From the NCBI GenBank assembly GCA_964016885.1, contig OZ024747.1, positions 38,192,001 to 38,256,000 on the forward strand: a stretch of DNA of 64,000 bases. Reading direction: 5' to 3'. The first letter of the stretch is position 1. Every line of letters begins with the position of its first letter. This DNA is from Eledone cirrhosa. Lineage: Eukaryota. Positions 63,106 through 64,000 of the stretch are shown here, piece by piece. A program made the translations under genes and the position numbers. The notes beneath the pieces are model-generated. The model ran no database searches, was not told the origin of the DNA, and worked only from the letters and a program-made list of their open reading frames with translations.

Positions 63106-64000
63106 CAGAGAGCCGAAACGAATACTACGAAGCTCTCTAACGACTGTTTTAACAACTACTCAAGTGTTAAACCTATATGCAATGTGTGCTAATAAATATA
63201 TTATGCTCAGATATTACATCAAATCTCTATGAAAATTAGGTAAGATCTAACGATGAAAGAGATAGTATGCAACGGAATGAAGGAAGGTGCTTTTATTTAA
63301 TTCCTACCATTTGGGGTAAAGAAAATGGCCTACAAAAGCATAGTCCAAATACGGATAGTTATTATAATTCAACCGCTGTGAAATGTATGCACCCTCATTT
63401 GAGCTCAAAGGCACACAAGAAATTAATTTATGCATAGCCGAATGCTATTTTTTCAAAGCTGAATCTATATGAGTCACTACTTGGAATATTTAATTTTAGT
63501 CTATTATTCGATTGTCGTAGTTTTCTCACATTTATTATATATACATCGTGTGAAGTTGATCAAGTGATACTGAAACAACATTGGCAGTTTTACTAGTTGT
63601 GTAGTTGACGATGTGTGAAAAACACAAAAAACACTTTTCTAAGAATTGCTACAGGGTGGAGTTTATAGATATAGATATAATATATATATTTCAATCAGTG
63701 TGAATAAACACTTGGTTGTATTTGGATCCGTGTCTACTGTGAATATTAAATTAAGTTCTTTGAAGTTGTTGATAAAGGTTTTTCAGCAAATTACATAGTG
63801 TGCGATAATTCATATTCTTTGATACAATGGTCTCATGATTATATACTTAAATGCGTAAAATATATACGGGCCTATTATTTTTCAAGTCACAGATGAGGAT
63901 TTATTAACGATTGGTAATGCAGGTGATGAACAATCATTTTTTTTTTTTTATCGATAGGGATTTTTCAAAGGAAAGTAACCATCGAGCTGCGTACATTATT

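Overview
Eukaryotic (animal) genomic DNA with no host protein-coding gene. It is probably octopus/cephalopod, judging from recalled SINE and mariner-like repeats that were not checked against a database. There are three zones. (1) 1-25044 is an uninterrupted satellite of a 28-bp monomer (AAAATATGTAATGGGGAGATAGGATAGT and a ...AGGGTGGT variant, some 29-bp units). It has a G-rich, C-poor + strand and kb-scale higher-order duplications, and all ORFs here are artefacts. (2) About 27650-55974 is a ~28-kb island of non-LTR retrotransposons, almost all joined through (ATT)n tracts. It holds five L1/Tx1-type copies on + (APE-RT-CCHC, all decayed, three full-length), two long R4/Dong-type RT-RLE copies on - (one nearly intact, 1082-aa ORF), and two short 3' fragments of a second Dong family on -. 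(3) 56-64 kb is AT-rich intergenic DNA with tRNA-type SINE fragments, a decayed hAT transposase and microsatellites. Main leads: two retrotransposon clades with unrelated endonucleases share one trinucleotide target with opposite polarity; a conserved GTAAGT...CAG candidate micro-intron over the Tx1 ORF1 stop would fuse ORF1 to ORF2 in frame; and the Tx1 copies are mosaic.
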